From Syntrophales bacterium (GTDB lineage Bacteria > Desulfobacterota > Syntrophia > Syntrophales > PHBD01): DNA of 64,000 nucleotides. Below the pieces are notes generated by a model. The model saw nothing but the letters and a program-made list of their open reading frames with translations. It made no database searches and was not told the DNA's origin. The position numbers were made by a program, and so were the translations under genes. Location of the stretch: NCBI GenBank assembly GCA_963668175.1, contig OY764159.1, positions 2,304,001-2,368,000 on the forward strand. Direction: 5' to 3'. This document shows, piece by piece, positions 1 through 10,439 of the stretch (its first letter is position 1; each line of letters opens with the position of its first letter).

Positions 1-228
1 ATTCCTCACGTTGAAGACGATCCTGTACTGATTCTCGCCGCCGGCGAATTCGTGCCTTTTGAACGGTACAGCGGAATCCTTCTCCGAAACCGGCTCTCCG
101 TTGAGGTAGACGGATTCTTTTTTCTCGGACGGCGAAAGCCCCGCGACGATGGTATCGTCGCCCTGCGTAAAGACGAACCAGAAGCCTTTCGCCCGGGACG
201 CCGTGTTTTCTGTCGGCAATTTCTCCAA
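1..228 (-). CDS. hypothetical protein, partial (runs off window start)
   Basis: Own translation from TTG at 228: MEKLPTENTASRAKGFWFVFTQGDDTIV...ESVYLNGEPVSEK..., open to position 1; not in the ORF track. Confidence 0.6.
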   Translation of the reverse strand, partial: MEKLPTENTASRAKGFWFVFTQGDDTIVAGLSPSEKKESVYLNGEPVSEKDSAVPFKRHEFAGGENQYRIVFNVRN

Positions 229-375
229 TTCGGTTCACCTCAAATATTCAATTCATTAATGGGCGGCGATGTCTCAGGCAGGGAACGGCTTATGAACGAT
301 AAGAGCCGTTCGTTACGTATCCTTGCGCAATTCCCGCAATCCAACGCAATAGTGAAGGGAGACGGCGGGGGCGGC

Positions 376-1275
376 TCAGTGCGGTTTGCGGCCTTCCCGT
401 TTCAGCGTCCGCATCTCGTCCAGAAGCTTGTCGTAGTCGCCGCCGGAGCCGCGGAGGGCCTCTTTCCCGAAAGCGCCGTCGTGGAGTTCTTCCATTTTCT
501 TGAGTTGCTCCAGGGCCGTCGGGTTCTTGGCGAAAGCCTGGTCCACCATCTCCAGCTGTCTTTCCCCGGCATGCTTGAGATCGGAAAGGTCGACCTGGAA
601 GCCCGTCATTTTCAGGACCTTGCTCAGCAGCCGATAGCAGCCCGTGTGATTGAGGTCGTTGATATAAAGGGGGAGCCTTGCCGAGGCGCCCACGACTTCG
701 ATGTTCTGCTCGTTGCCCTGGAAGGCGAGCATGGTGATGAAGCTGCACGGACCGGTGTAGTCCGTGAAGTTGACGAAGGGCGCCAGTTCGCGTTTTATCT
801 CTTCATGGCTGACGACGGTGTTGATTCTCGTTTCCCTGGTGTGGGGCACCTGGTCGAAATAGCCGCCCAGGCAATAGATTCTCCGCACCCGGAATTCGCG
901 AGCCAGATCGAATATCGCGCGGCCGTATTCCGGCCAGTTCAAATTCGGTTCCGCGCCCTGCAAAAGGATGAGATCGTGGCCGGTCCCGCTCTTCCAGTAG
1001 AAGAGGTCGTTTTCGGGGCTGTCGAGGACCCTCACCACGCCCTCGATGATCTGGGCATGGGGACGCATGGTCAACTCCGGGCTCGCGCTGGGGACCTGAT
1101 AGACATAGAAGCCGCGCGAATCGATGCGGCCGAGTTTCCGGGCGCCGACCTTGCGCCGCAGGTAGTCGATGCCGCCCGTGGCGACCTCGCCGGCGTTGAG
1201 CCAGCCCTTCAAGCCGATAATGATGTAGGGGTCCGTCAATTCCGGGTACTCGGAAAAGATAAGCCGGTCGTTCAT
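376..1275 (-). CDS. PAC2 (proteasome assembly chaperone) family protein
   Basis: GLKGWLNAGEVATGGIDYL, LLQGAEPNLNW, LGGYFDQVPHTR, YTGPCSF motifs typical of PAC2; start re-called at MNDRLIF. Confidence 0.85.
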   Translation of the reverse strand: MNDRLIFSEYPELTDPYIIIGLKGWLNAGEVATGGIDYLRRKVGARKLGRIDSRGFYVYQVPSASPELTMRPHAQIIEGVVRVLDSPENDLFYWKSGTGHDLILLQGAEPNLNWPEYGRAIFDLAREFRVRRIYCLGGYFDQVPHTRETRINTVVSHEEIKRELAPFVNFTDYTGPCSFITMLAFQGNEQNIEVVGASARLPLYINDLNHTGCYRLLSKVLKMTGFQVDLSDLKHAGERQLEMVDQAFAKNPTALEQLKKMEELHDGAFGKEALRGSGGDYDKLLDEMRTLKREGRKPH

Positions 1276-1618
1276 AGGGTCCCGTCCCTTCTTCATGCTG
1301 CGGCGCTTCCTCCGATACCCCGGGCGGGAGGCCCCATGCCCTTCGCTTCGTGTCCCTTCATCGTTCGAAGCATGCCGGCGCCGCGGTTCCTGCCCCGTTC
1401 TTATCGCCACTCTCCGGCGCGACGCCGGAGGGTTCTGAAACACCTTGTATTCCAATATAAAGCAGGAGAACGGCCATGTCAATGCCGGCATGACGGCGGG
1501 ATCGAATATCCGCCTGGAAAGCGGCGGCTGAAAGGACGGCGTATTGCAGCGATATCGCTTCGATTTTCGCCGCTGCGGCATCCTGTTGCCGGATATTGGC
1601 AAGCGATTCCGTTTGCGA

Positions 1619-3505
1619 TCAGAAGTCCCTGAAATCGCCTTCGTCGGTTAATGCGGTCTTTTTGATTTTCGTTCTCGGATTTTGGGCGCCGCGCCCGGCA
1701 GCGGGCGCCGGCAGGGCCGCTTTCGCCGTTCCCCGCAACTTGGCGGCGGGCCGGTCCGGGATGGCGGGCTCCGCCTCCTTTGCCTTGTCCGCCCGGATAT
1801 AGACGTTGCCGCCGACGACCGCCTGCAACCCTTTCACATGGTCCTGCATCTGAGCGGCCTGGGCCTTCAATTCTTCGGCGGTGCCGGCCGACTCCTCGGC
1901 GCCGGCGGCCGTGCGCTGCGTCACCTTATCCATCTCCGAGACGGCCCTGTTGATCTGTTCGATCCCCTGGGCCTGTTCCTTCATGGACGAATCGATGGCC
2001 TTGATCAGCTCGTTGGTCTTCTTGCCTTCTTCGCCCATCAGGTAGAAATCCTGCAACGTCCTGGCCACCAGGCTGTTGCCGTTGTCGATTTCCTGCAGCA
2101 TTTCGCCGAGTATCTTCTCGGTGTTCTTGGCCGCCTCGGCCGAGCGCATGGCGAGGCTGCGCACTTCTTCGGCGACGACGGCGAACCCCGCCCCCGTCTC
2201 GCCGGCGCGGGCGGCCTCCACGGCGGCGTTCAAAGCCAACAGATTGATCTGGAAGGCGATTTCGTCGCTGGCCTTGATGATCTTAGCCGCCTGGGCCCCC
2301 GATACGCCGATGCGCTTCATGCAATCGCTCGTTTCGCGAAGCGACTTGTGGGAACTTCGCATGGCCTGGTATGACCTGTCCCCCGTCTCCGCCATCAGGT
2401 TGGAATTCTCCAGGGTCGTCTTGGACATGGAGGACATTTCCTCGAGGGACGAAGATGTTTCTTCCAGGGATGCGGCCTGCGTCGATGTCGAGTCCGCCAG
2501 TTCCTGGCTGGATGCGGTAATATGGTTCGCCGCGGCGGACACTTGACCGTGCGAAGCGGACAGGCCGCGTATTGCGCGGTTCAGGGTCCGGACCGCGGAC
2601 CGGACGGAGAGATAGTTTACGGCGACGATGATGAAGCCGATGACGATCGCGGCGGCAAAAGCGGGGATAATGGTGCCCATCAGCGCCCGTTCCGTCTGCG
2701 CCCGGTCCTTGCCGATAAAGAACATGCCGACGATTTTACCGTCGACGTCCTTTATGGGCCAGTAGGCCGTATCGTAATTCCTGCCCAGGATTTTGTTGAC
2801 ATTGAGGAATATCTCCCCTTTGGCGAGGACCGTATCCAGCACCCTCTGGTTGTCCATCTTCGTCCCGACGGCCCGTTTGCCGCCCGTCATGATGGTAGTC
2901 GCCACCCTTGTGTCGCCCTGGAAGATCGTGCATTCCACGCCATAGTATTTCTTCATTTCGTCCACGAAGGCGTCAGACGCAAGATCGAATCCCGCAGTCA
3001 CGGACCCGACCACGGTGTTTCCGCTGCGGACCGGGTTGCCTGCCCGGAGGGAGAATTTGACCACGGTTCCTTCCTCGACGCCCGTCGTCGCCTGGCCGGC
3101 AAGGGCCTTCTTAACATTGGCCTGTCCCAGGACACTGTCCCCCGTTTTATCGGAATGTCCGCGTCCGATTACTTTGCCGTTCCTGTCGGCAATCGTCAGA
3201 ACGGAGACCTGGCGGGACTTCACGTACCCCCTGGCGATATTCCGCACGGCGGCCGAATCCCCTTTCTCCACCGCCGCGATCAGGTCCGCTCTTTCCGACA
3301 GGACGGCGGCAACGGTGGTCGCCCTGTCCCTCATATCGTCCACGTGGATGCGAACCTGTTCGGCCATCTTTCGGACGTCCGCCTGGCTCTGTTTAAAGAC
3401 GGCGCTGCTGAGCATGAAATAGCTCGTCCAGTAAACAATTCCTCCGACCAAAACGGCCGTAATCACGATCAAAGTAATGGTTTTGCCGAACAGCGACATC
3501 TTCAT
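1619..3505 (-). CDS. methyl-accepting chemotaxis protein with Cache sensor domain
   Basis: Two TM segments, periplasmic Cache-like region, signalling hairpin [34 protein letters not shown]. Confidence 0.95.
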   Translation of the reverse strand: MKMSLFGKTITLIVITAVLVGGIVYWTSYFMLSSAVFKQSQADVRKMAEQVRIHVDDMRDRATTVAAVLSERADLIAAVEKGDSAAVRNIARGYVKSRQVSVLTIADRNGKVIGRGHSDKTGDSVLGQANVKKALAGQATTGVEEGTVVKFSLRAGNPVRSGNTVVGSVTAGFDLASDAFVDEMKKYYGVECTIFQGDTRVATTIMTGGKRAVGTKMDNQRVLDTVLAKGEIFLNVNKILGRNYDTAYWPIKDVDGKIVGMFFIGKDRAQTERALMGTIIPAFAAAIVIGFIIVAVNYLSVRSAVRTLNRAIRGLSASHGQVSAAANHITASSQELADSTSTQAASLEETSSSLEEMSSMSKTTLENSNLMAETGDRSYQAMRSSHKSLRETSDCMKRIGVSGAQAAKIIKASDEIAFQINLLALNAAVEAARAGETGAGFAVVAEEVRSLAMRSAEAAKNTEKILGEMLQEIDNGNSLVARTLQDFYLMGEEGKKTNELIKAIDSSMKEQAQGIEQINRAVSEMDKVTQRTAAGAEESAGTAEELKAQAAQMQDHVKGLQAVVGGNVYIRADKAKEAEPAIPDRPAAKLRGTAKAALPAPAAGRGAQNPRTKIKKTALTDEGDFRDF

Positions 3506-3632
3506 GTCCTCACCCCTGTTGTCTGCTTGGAACGATTATTTTTCCGAAGACCGCCTTCCTGATTTATCGGGCGCAACGCAACAACCGCCTGCCGGACGCC
3601 GCGATCCCCGCTGACTCCGTTTTTGATAATAC

Positions 3633-3648
3633 AGCAAATAGTGTACCA
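3633..3648 (-). promoter_or_regulatory. sigma54 (-24/-12) promoter of the MCP gene
   Basis: Minus strand TGGTACACTATTTGCT = GG-N10-GC, about 130 bp upstream of the MCP start. Confidence 0.7.
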
Positions 3649-3836
3649 CATCGGAAATCGGGGCTGAAGATGTTATGTTTAATGATAACAGATATATACG
3701 TGTTGTCGGGCTGGACGGGCGGCCTGTGTTTCCGGAATGGGGCTCCGGGGCGATCGTCGATTTTCCGGCCGCCGTCCGGTGCGGGAATGAAGGTATGCGG
3801 TTTTGTCCAGATGGATTGTTGCGATTCTCAATTCGA

Positions 3837-4454
3837 TCAGGCGCAGGAATCGGGCCGGGGGTCGCGCAGCATAAGCCAGATTGTCGGCCCGTCTTTGCCG
3901 AGCGGAAATGCCCTGGTCACCGTGAAACCGTGCCTCAGGTACAGGTCCCTGTTTCTTGCGGTCGATGCTTCCAGATAGGCGGGCAGGCGCAGTTCGTCGC
4001 ATTTGACGAGGACCTGACGCAAAAGTGCGCTTCCGGCGCCGCGCCCCTGTAACCGGGGCGTTACGGCAAGGGCAAAGAGATAATAGTGCGGGAACGACGG
4101 ATGCAGGTTCTGCATTGCCTGAACGCGGGGGAACACGATGGGCATCCGGGTGCATTTGCAGACTTTCAGGTAAGCGGGGAGCAGCGCGAGCTGTTTTGTC
4201 AGGCTCAGCTTCCACGTCCCCGGCGGACACCACAGGGCGGCCCCGGCGCCGTCGTCCGTGACGTAAACCTCGCCGAACGGGAAGGTGAGCTTATCGAAGG
4301 CCGTTTGGAAAAGAAGACGGATTGCCTCCCCGCGCTTTCCGTCCTGGCGCACCGTCCAGTTGACGAGAGGGTCGGCGTCGAAAGCCCCTGTCAATAGATC
4401 GATGCAGGCGGCGCGGTCCGATGCCGCCGCCTTGCGGATGCCGTCCGCCGCCAT
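3837..4454 (-). CDS. GNAT family N-acetyltransferase
   Basis: YYLFALAVTPRLQGRGAGSALL acetyl-CoA motif; AYLEAS..RN..LY.RHGF. Confidence 0.9.
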   Translation of the reverse strand: MAADGIRKAAASDRAACIDLLTGAFDADPLVNWTVRQDGKRGEAIRLLFQTAFDKLTFPFGEVYVTDDGAGAALWCPPGTWKLSLTKQLALLPAYLKVCKCTRMPIVFPRVQAMQNLHPSFPHYYLFALAVTPRLQGRGAGSALLRQVLVKCDELRLPAYLEASTARNRDLYLRHGFTVTRAFPLGKDGPTIWLMLRDPRPDSCA

Positions 4455-4458
4455 CGTT

Positions 4459-5448
4459 CTAATTCTCCCGGATCAACGGGTGGTGCCAGCAGCGGAAGGC
4501 GCCGCCCCACATGAAGACTGCGGAAAACGGCGTCGCGATGACGTCCTGGCCGGCCTTCGCCAGGGCCTCGCCCAGCTCCGGCAGCTCCGCAGCGACGAGG
4601 TCGGTCTTTTCGTCGAGGACTAGCATGTTCGTGGCGAGCTTCTCCTCGGCGTCCTTCGCGGGCACTTCGATGAGGTCCCAACCCTTGAGGAAGGAAGGAA
4701 GCCCGTCGGCGAACCCCTCCCTGCAAACCACCGCCAGGCCCCGCCGGGGCGTGGAGAGGACGCAGTCGAGGTGGAGGAAGTTCTTCGTCAATCGCACTTC
4801 GTGGATGCGGTAGGCCTCCCCGAGAATCGTCCGGAGGCACTGCATCCCCGCGCGGTTGGAGGCGTTGCCGCTGTTGCCCACGTAGATGTCATGGCCCAGG
4901 ACGAAGACGTCGCCGCCTTCGAGGAACGGGCCCGGCCCGAACGATCCGCTCTCGTCCTCCGCCAGCGGAGCCGGTTCGGGAATGGAGGCCAGGCGGCAGC
5001 CGCGAAGTCTTTCTGCGAGGGTCCGGCGGATGGGGAAGCGCTCGTTGCGCCGCATGGGGGCGTACATGGCCGTCTCGATAAGCGTGTCGCCGATGACGAC
5101 GATGGGGTCCCGGGGAAAGTACTGCTGGATGTTGCCGTATCCGAGGTCGGCGAGGTAGGCCTCCTCATACGGCTCGAACGGCGCAATCTGATGCACGGCG
5201 ATACCGCGGTCCCGGAGGATGGCGACGGCCCGGTCGATCTGCGCGACAGCCGCTTCGTGCAGCTCCGGCACGGCCTCCGCGAGCGTCATCCCCGCCTTCT
5301 CCTTGAGGACCTCCGCGGCCAGCGCCATGGCGGCCGGAGGCATGAAGTTCGCGACATAACGGGGAAGCCGGCTTCCCAGCCGGATGTGGGGATACCCCAC
5401 CACGGCCTCGCGCAGCCTGTCCCACTCGTATTCGACTTTCAGTGTCAT
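4459..5448 (-). CDS. amidinotransferase (glycine/inosamine-phosphate amidinotransferase-like)
   Basis: EWDRLREAVVG, FPRD, EGGD, HLD and C-terminal GGAFRCWH pentein motifs. Confidence 0.85.
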   Translation of the reverse strand: MTLKVEYEWDRLREAVVGYPHIRLGSRLPRYVANFMPPAAMALAAEVLKEKAGMTLAEAVPELHEAAVAQIDRAVAILRDRGIAVHQIAPFEPYEEAYLADLGYGNIQQYFPRDPIVVIGDTLIETAMYAPMRRNERFPIRRTLAERLRGCRLASIPEPAPLAEDESGSFGPGPFLEGGDVFVLGHDIYVGNSGNASNRAGMQCLRTILGEAYRIHEVRLTKNFLHLDCVLSTPRRGLAVVCREGFADGLPSFLKGWDLIEVPAKDAEEKLATNMLVLDEKTDLVAAELPELGEALAKAGQDVIATPFSAVFMWGGAFRCWHHPLIREN

Positions 5449-5672
5449 CCCGTTTACCTCCTGAGACGCCCATCATACCGCATCCGGAGGCATCCGGCAA
5501 GCACCGCCGAATGGCACGTTTAACTTTTAACGCGTCACATGTTTACTTAGGGAAGAAGGGAGTATGACTGCTTACACCTACCTATCAACATTAGATGTGT
5601 CTCCGGGATTTAATGATAACCGATCGTAAGGGAGTAAAACATCACATCAACTGCGCAAAAAGAAGTTATGGT

Positions 5673-5996
5673 CTAATGCCCAGTTTCTTGTGACGGGGTA
5701 AAACTTTTGCAGACGGGACACTCCGATTGACTGAGCAGATAGATTAACCACCGATCTGCACTTTGACCTTTGACGGCAAGCCATACCCAACGGGAACCGC
5801 ATGAAGGACAGCAAATGCCGATACAGGCGAATGATGAACCAAATGAGATCAAAACCATGCCAAAGAACACGGGCGACAGAAGCGTACCGTGCGAAACCCC
5901 ATAAACTAAGAGAAGTCCGCCACCAATGACAAGCACACAGCATAATACCGCTTTCCACCACTGCCCAGTTCTCTTGATAACAGAATGATCAAACAT
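5673..5996 (-). CDS. small membrane protein with two CxxC motifs
   Basis: Two hydrophobic helices followed by CPSCG and CPVC; lies in a low-GC islet. Confidence 0.6.
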   Translation of the reverse strand: MFDHSVIKRTGQWWKAVLCCVLVIGGGLLLVYGVSHGTLLSPVFFGMVLISFGSSFACIGICCPSCGSRWVWLAVKGQSADRWLIYLLSQSECPVCKSFTPSQETGH

Positions 5997-6317
5997 ATGA
6001 AAAACTCAGGATGCACAAAAGGGGGTTCAGTTCGCAATCTAGTCGTCGGTATAAAGTTTCGTGGTTCTTCGTTAAGCAGTATGGACTTTTTTTAATTTTC
6101 CACAGTATTTACATCACTAGAACTGATAACAGTATGTTATCTTGCCTAATTGATGAATGGTAGCAAGCAAATATTCGGGAAGTGTTGTCAGCATATCATG
6201 ACGTTTTGCTTGCTGCTTTCCCGATGTGTATTTCCACCGGTATTCCGTGTCCATGTTCAGTTTATATCTCGCTCAACCAGATAATCTCCGATTCAAGCAC
6301 CTTCTGACGGACTCCGT

Positions 6318-6620
6318 TCATACATGGGCAAGTTCATGAATTTGTGAAAGCCTTCTACGGCCGATGACCTTTTCCGCTGTCTTGAGGTCGTATGCTGCCT
6401 GAAGATTGATCCAAAATTGTGGTGTTTGTCCAAATGCCTTACCAAATAGCAAAGCCATTTCAGCAGTGACGGGTCTTTTACCTTTTACTACATGGGAAAT
6501 TCTCATAGCCGAAAGGCCGACAGCGCGGGCAAATACCGCTTGGGATATCCCCAATTCGTCAAGAATCTCCTTGAGAAATTCCCCCGGATGGACCGGAGGC
6601 AAAGCGTTTCTCGGATTCAT
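6318..6620 (-). CDS. higA: HigA family antitoxin
   Basis: PVHPGEFL, HTH, VTAEMAL, FWINLQAAYDL. Confidence 0.95.
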   Translation of the reverse strand: MNPRNALPPVHPGEFLKEILDELGISQAVFARAVGLSAMRISHVVKGKRPVTAEMALLFGKAFGQTPQFWINLQAAYDLKTAEKVIGRRRLSQIHELAHV

Positions 6621-6632
6621 GGTTTTCTCTCC

Positions 6633-6914
6633 TTAGTGATAATCAACAATTTCAACATTGAAAGCTTCCCCGTTTTCAAATTGAAAACAAATGCGCCATT
6701 GATCGTTTATGCGGATACTCCATTGCCCGGTGCGTTTTCCACTCAATGTTTCCAGGCGATTGGAGGGAGGCATGCGGAGATCGTCGATAACCATTGCCGC
6801 GTCAAGTTGTGTCAACCGCTTTATAGCCCGTTTCAGAATGTCCGGCGGAAACCGTTTGGATTTTCCAGTCGTATAAAGCCGTTCTGTGTCGATATCCGCA
6901 AACGATTTAATCAT
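6633..6914 (-). CDS. higB: HigB/RelE family toxin
   Basis: MIKSFAD, DLRMPPSNRLETLSG.R.GQWSIRINDQWRICF, EIVDYH; toxin-first gene order. Confidence 0.95.
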   Translation of the reverse strand: MIKSFADIDTERLYTTGKSKRFPPDILKRAIKRLTQLDAAMVIDDLRMPPSNRLETLSGKRTGQWSIRINDQWRICFQFENGEAFNVEIVDYH

Positions 6915-6921
6915 GATTTGG

Positions 6922-6950
6922 ACTATAAACAAATTGTTTACACAAGTCAA
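6922..6950 (-). promoter_or_regulatory. sigma70 promoter of higBA with palindromic operator
   Basis: TTGACT-17 nt-TATAGT; perfect palindrome TAAACAA-a-TTGTTTA at 6926-6940 in the spacer. Confidence 0.8.
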
Positions 6951-7096
6951 GGAGAATAAGATGTTAAATTTCCAGTCGATGAATACAATCGAAACAAAGC
7001 ATATGTGCCAAAATTGCTGTATGCTTGGTTACGGGAAGAACTCTTGTCTTCCGTTGGCCGTCATATCGCTTTAAAAACGATTTGGGAACCGTTTGC

Positions 7097-7282
7097 TCAG
7101 CAGTCCGCCATCGCTACGCCGAGGCCGCCGGTGCCCATCTTGCGGAACTGGGGCGGCAGGGCCTTTCCCGTGTCCGGCATGGCCTTGACGACGCGGTCCG
7201 GGTCTTCCCCGTGCCGGGATGTAATCTCGTTCGCGGCGATGAGGCAGGCGTTGCAGGCCTTGACGGCGCCGAAGGCGTTCCG
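7097..7282 (-). pseudogene. sdaA: 3' remnant of L-serine ammonia-lyase
   Basis: RNAFGAVKACNACLIAANEITSRH...DRVVKAM..TG...GGLGVAMADC* matches the SdaA C-terminus; no 5' part present. Confidence 0.7.
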
Positions 7283-7373
7283 TCCGGGGCCGTTCGCTTT
7301 GCCGCCCTCATCCGGACAGAATCGACCATGGCGCGAAAGCGGGTATAAGCTTGCCGCGCAAACCCGTCGCGGT

Positions 7374-10166
7374 CTATTTTCCGTCCAGCTCGTTCCTGAT
7401 GGCGAGGCCGATGCGCTCCTTGACGTAAGGCTTCCTGACAAAGGCGCCCACCCCTAAGGACTGGGCCATCTTCACGCGGTCCGTCTCGGCGAATCCGCTG
7501 ACAATGACGGCCTTCTGGCGGGGATGGATTTCCGTTATCCGCCGGTACGTTTCGAATCCGTCGATGCCCGGGTCCATGATCATATCCAGGACAACCAGGT
7601 CCGCCCTGCTGTTCCTGAGAAAGGCCACGGCCGCCTCGCCGCTCGCGGCCGTGTCGACGATGTAATTGAGGCTTTCCAGGATGCGGGCGGCCAGGTCCCT
7701 CTGGTCCTTGACGTCGTCCACGACGAGGATGCGTTCCCCGCGGCCGCGGTACAAATCCGACGGGACGATGTCGTCTTGTCCCGCCGCCTCCTCGCGCGTT
7801 ACGGGAAAATAGAGGCTGAATGTCGTCCCCCGGCCCCTTTTGCTCTGAACGTCGATATGTCCGCCGTGGTCTTTCACCGTGCCCCATACGACGGACAACC
7901 CGAGGCCCGTGCCGCTCCTTCCCATGACCTTCTTGGTATAGAACGGCTCGAATATCCGCTTCATGTCTTTATCGGATATCCCTTCCCCCTCGTCGGAGAC
8001 GGCCAGGACGACATAGTCTCCTTCCCCCATGTCGTCGTAGCCGGCCACGGGTCTGTCCAGATAGCGATTCTCCGTGCGGATGACAATGTCCCCTCCCGAC
8101 GACATGGCTTCCGCCGCATTGGACACAAGGTTCATGAGCGTCTTCGAGATATGGACCCGGGAACCCCTGATCATCAGCAGGTCGTCGTCGAGCCGGGTCT
8201 CCACCCTGATATGGGGATGGAGGGCCGCCAGCCTTAAATGCTCGGGAGATTTGAGATATTCCGTGACCGTCTTGTTGAGATTGACGACGGTCTTGGTCTG
8301 TACGCCTCGGCGCGCAAGCGTCAGGAGATCCTGGACGATCGCCGCGGCCCGCTCGCCGCCGGACATGATGTTCCGGGCGTCCCCTTTGCGCGGGTCCGAT
8401 TCGTCGAGGTTGTCGTGGAGGAGCTCGGCATAGCCGACCAGGATGCCGAGTTCGTTGTTGAGGTCGTGGGCGACGCCGCCGGCCAGGAGCCCCAGCGCTT
8501 CCATCTTTTCCGAGCGCTGCAGCCTCATTTCCATTTCGCGGCTCTCCTGCTCCATCCTCTTGCGGTCCGTGATGTCTTCTATCGTCGCCATGGTGCGCGT
8601 GGCTCGCCCCCGGTCGTCTCGGATGACCGCCATGTTGACATTGATCCAGACGGTCCTGCCGTCCTTGCGGATATAGCGTTTCTCCAGCCTGTAATCGGGC
8701 AATTCGCCCCGTACGACTTTCTGGAACAGGTCCCAATCCCGGTCGCGGTCCTCGGGGTGGGTAATCTCCTGGATACGCATGGTAAGAAGCTCGTCCGGCG
8801 AGTATCCCGTGATGTCGCACATCTTCTGGTTCACCCGCAGCCATTGTCCGGTCGCCACATCGGCCTGGGCCATGCCTATGGAGGCGACCTCGAACATGAC
8901 GCTGAACTGCGCTTCGCGGTCCCTGAGGGCGGCTTCCGTCCGCCTGCGGTCGGTGATGTCGCGCACGTGTTCGGCGACCATGACGACCTCTCCCCGGTCG
9001 TCGAAGATCGGATAGGAGCTCACTTCCACAAGGCGCTTCGTAACGGGATTGTAGTTTTCCGCAAGAAGGGGCTTGCCGCTGTTGAAAACGTTCATGGCAA
9101 AACACGGTTCGCAGATCTGCCCGCGTTTCAGAAAGGCCTCGTAGCAGTGCGAGCCCAGGGGATATTCCTTTTTCCCGGCATAAAGCGGGGATTTCCAGTT
9201 GGATATGAGAATCCTGAGGTCCCTGTCGACCACGACCATGAGGTCCTGGGACGAGTTGAAGACGCTTTCCAGCAATGCCTTGGATCTTCTCATCTCCTCC
9301 TCTGCGCGCTTGCGTTCGGTGGTTTCAAAGAGCGAGAGCACGAGGCCGCCGACCTTGCCGTCGGCGTCCTTTACCGGCGCGAGCATCCAGTCCCAATGAG
9401 CCGTTCGCCGTTCGGCCCGGCCGGAAAAGGTGAAGGGATAGTCGCGAATCTCGAAGGGTTCCCCCGTATCCCTGACCCTGGTGAAGATGGCTTCGCTCTC
9501 CGCGTGAGGATAAAGAACGAATTGGTTCCTGCCGATCAAATCGTCTGGCCTTAAGCCGCACGCGGCGGCGAAGGCCTCGTTGACCCGGATGTAGTTGAAG
9601 TCGCGGTCGAGATAGGCAAGGAGAGACCGTCTCGCCCCGTCCATGACGGCCTGCAATACGTCGCGCTCTTCTTGAAGCCTCTCTTCCAGACGCTTGCTTT
9701 CCGTAACATCGATGCCGCCCCCCGCGACATACTTTCTGCCCTGCGTGTCCTTGCACAGAAACTTGAATTTCCGCCAGTAGGTGGTATTGCCGTTCGCATC
9801 GGGCGCGGTTTCCGTCGTCTCGACGGTTCGTCCCGTCTCCAGCACGATGCGGTCGTTCTGCCGGTATCCTTCGGCAATCTCGCGCGGCCATATGTCGAAA
9901 TCGGTTTTGCCCAGCCAGCTGTCCGTTTTTACGCCGAACCGCCTTTCGTAGGATTTATTGATATAGACGTATCTCCCTTCATCGTCCTTCATCCAGGCGA
10001 CGTTGGGGGTGTTGTCCATGAATGCGTTGAACCGGTCTTCGATATCGTGCAAGGGCCTTTCCACGGGCTTGCTTTCCGATGCGGCTTTTTCGAGTTGAGC
10101 GATTTTCTGTTTCAACCGGTCGATCTCTTCGATGAGTTGCCGATTTGCTTTGGACGGGACGCGCAT
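7374..10166 (-). CDS. multi-PAS hybrid histidine kinase / receiver
   Basis: Four PAS/PAC repeats, H-box GGVAHDLNN, FEPFYTKK...GTGLGL, receiver LVVDD...LDMIM; RBS AAGGAGGAG before ATG 10166; TTGACA-17-TACCAT promoter at 10248-10276. Confidence 0.95.
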   Translation of the reverse strand: MRVPSKANRQLIEEIDRLKQKIAQLEKAASESKPVERPLHDIEDRFNAFMDNTPNVAWMKDDEGRYVYINKSYERRFGVKTDSWLGKTDFDIWPREIAEGYRQNDRIVLETGRTVETTETAPDANGNTTYWRKFKFLCKDTQGRKYVAGGGIDVTESKRLEERLQEERDVLQAVMDGARRSLLAYLDRDFNYIRVNEAFAAACGLRPDDLIGRNQFVLYPHAESEAIFTRVRDTGEPFEIRDYPFTFSGRAERRTAHWDWMLAPVKDADGKVGGLVLSLFETTERKRAEEEMRRSKALLESVFNSSQDLMVVVDRDLRILISNWKSPLYAGKKEYPLGSHCYEAFLKRGQICEPCFAMNVFNSGKPLLAENYNPVTKRLVEVSSYPIFDDRGEVVMVAEHVRDITDRRRTEAALRDREAQFSVMFEVASIGMAQADVATGQWLRVNQKMCDITGYSPDELLTMRIQEITHPEDRDRDWDLFQKVVRGELPDYRLEKRYIRKDGRTVWINVNMAVIRDDRGRATRTMATIEDITDRKRMEQESREMEMRLQRSEKMEALGLLAGGVAHDLNNELGILVGYAELLHDNLDESDPRKGDARNIMSGGERAAAIVQDLLTLARRGVQTKTVVNLNKTVTEYLKSPEHLRLAALHPHIRVETRLDDDLLMIRGSRVHISKTLMNLVSNAAEAMSSGGDIVIRTENRYLDRPVAGYDDMGEGDYVVLAVSDEGEGISDKDMKRIFEPFYTKKVMGRSGTGLGLSVVWGTVKDHGGHIDVQSKRGRGTTFSLYFPVTREEAAGQDDIVPSDLYRGRGERILVVDDVKDQRDLAARILESLNYIVDTAASGEAAVAFLRNSRADLVVLDMIMDPGIDGFETYRRITEIHPRQKAVIVSGFAETDRVKMAQSLGVGAFVRKPYVKERIGLAIRNELDGK

Positions 10167-10439
10167 CGGGTGCTCCTCCTTGTGCGGTGACACCGGTAAG
10201 CGGGAGACAACAACGGGCGAAAATTATTGACAGTTTGAGAAGGCCGTATGGTACAGGATGCCTCGCGGGTTGTCAAACCGAATCTCAAAACGGGCGGCCA
10301 TCCGGATGAGTCCCTGACTGTCTTTTCAGGAGCGATCATGTAAAAATGGCCTATACATCCGAAACGTGTTCATGATAATCCCTATAGTGAAAAAAAAGGG
10401 GGCGCTCTTATAAGAGGTCTTCATTGGAGAGCGGACGGC

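Noticed and set aside
52..1632. Long ORFs antisense to real genes (e.g. 52-1632, 17238-19268, 30182-32212, 32297-33850)
   Set aside because: Shadow frames caused by high GC3; the opposite strand carries recognisable motifs or a better RBS.
5580..5680. attC site after the CxxC membrane gene
   Set aside because: No complementary R''/R' pair at a plausible spacing.
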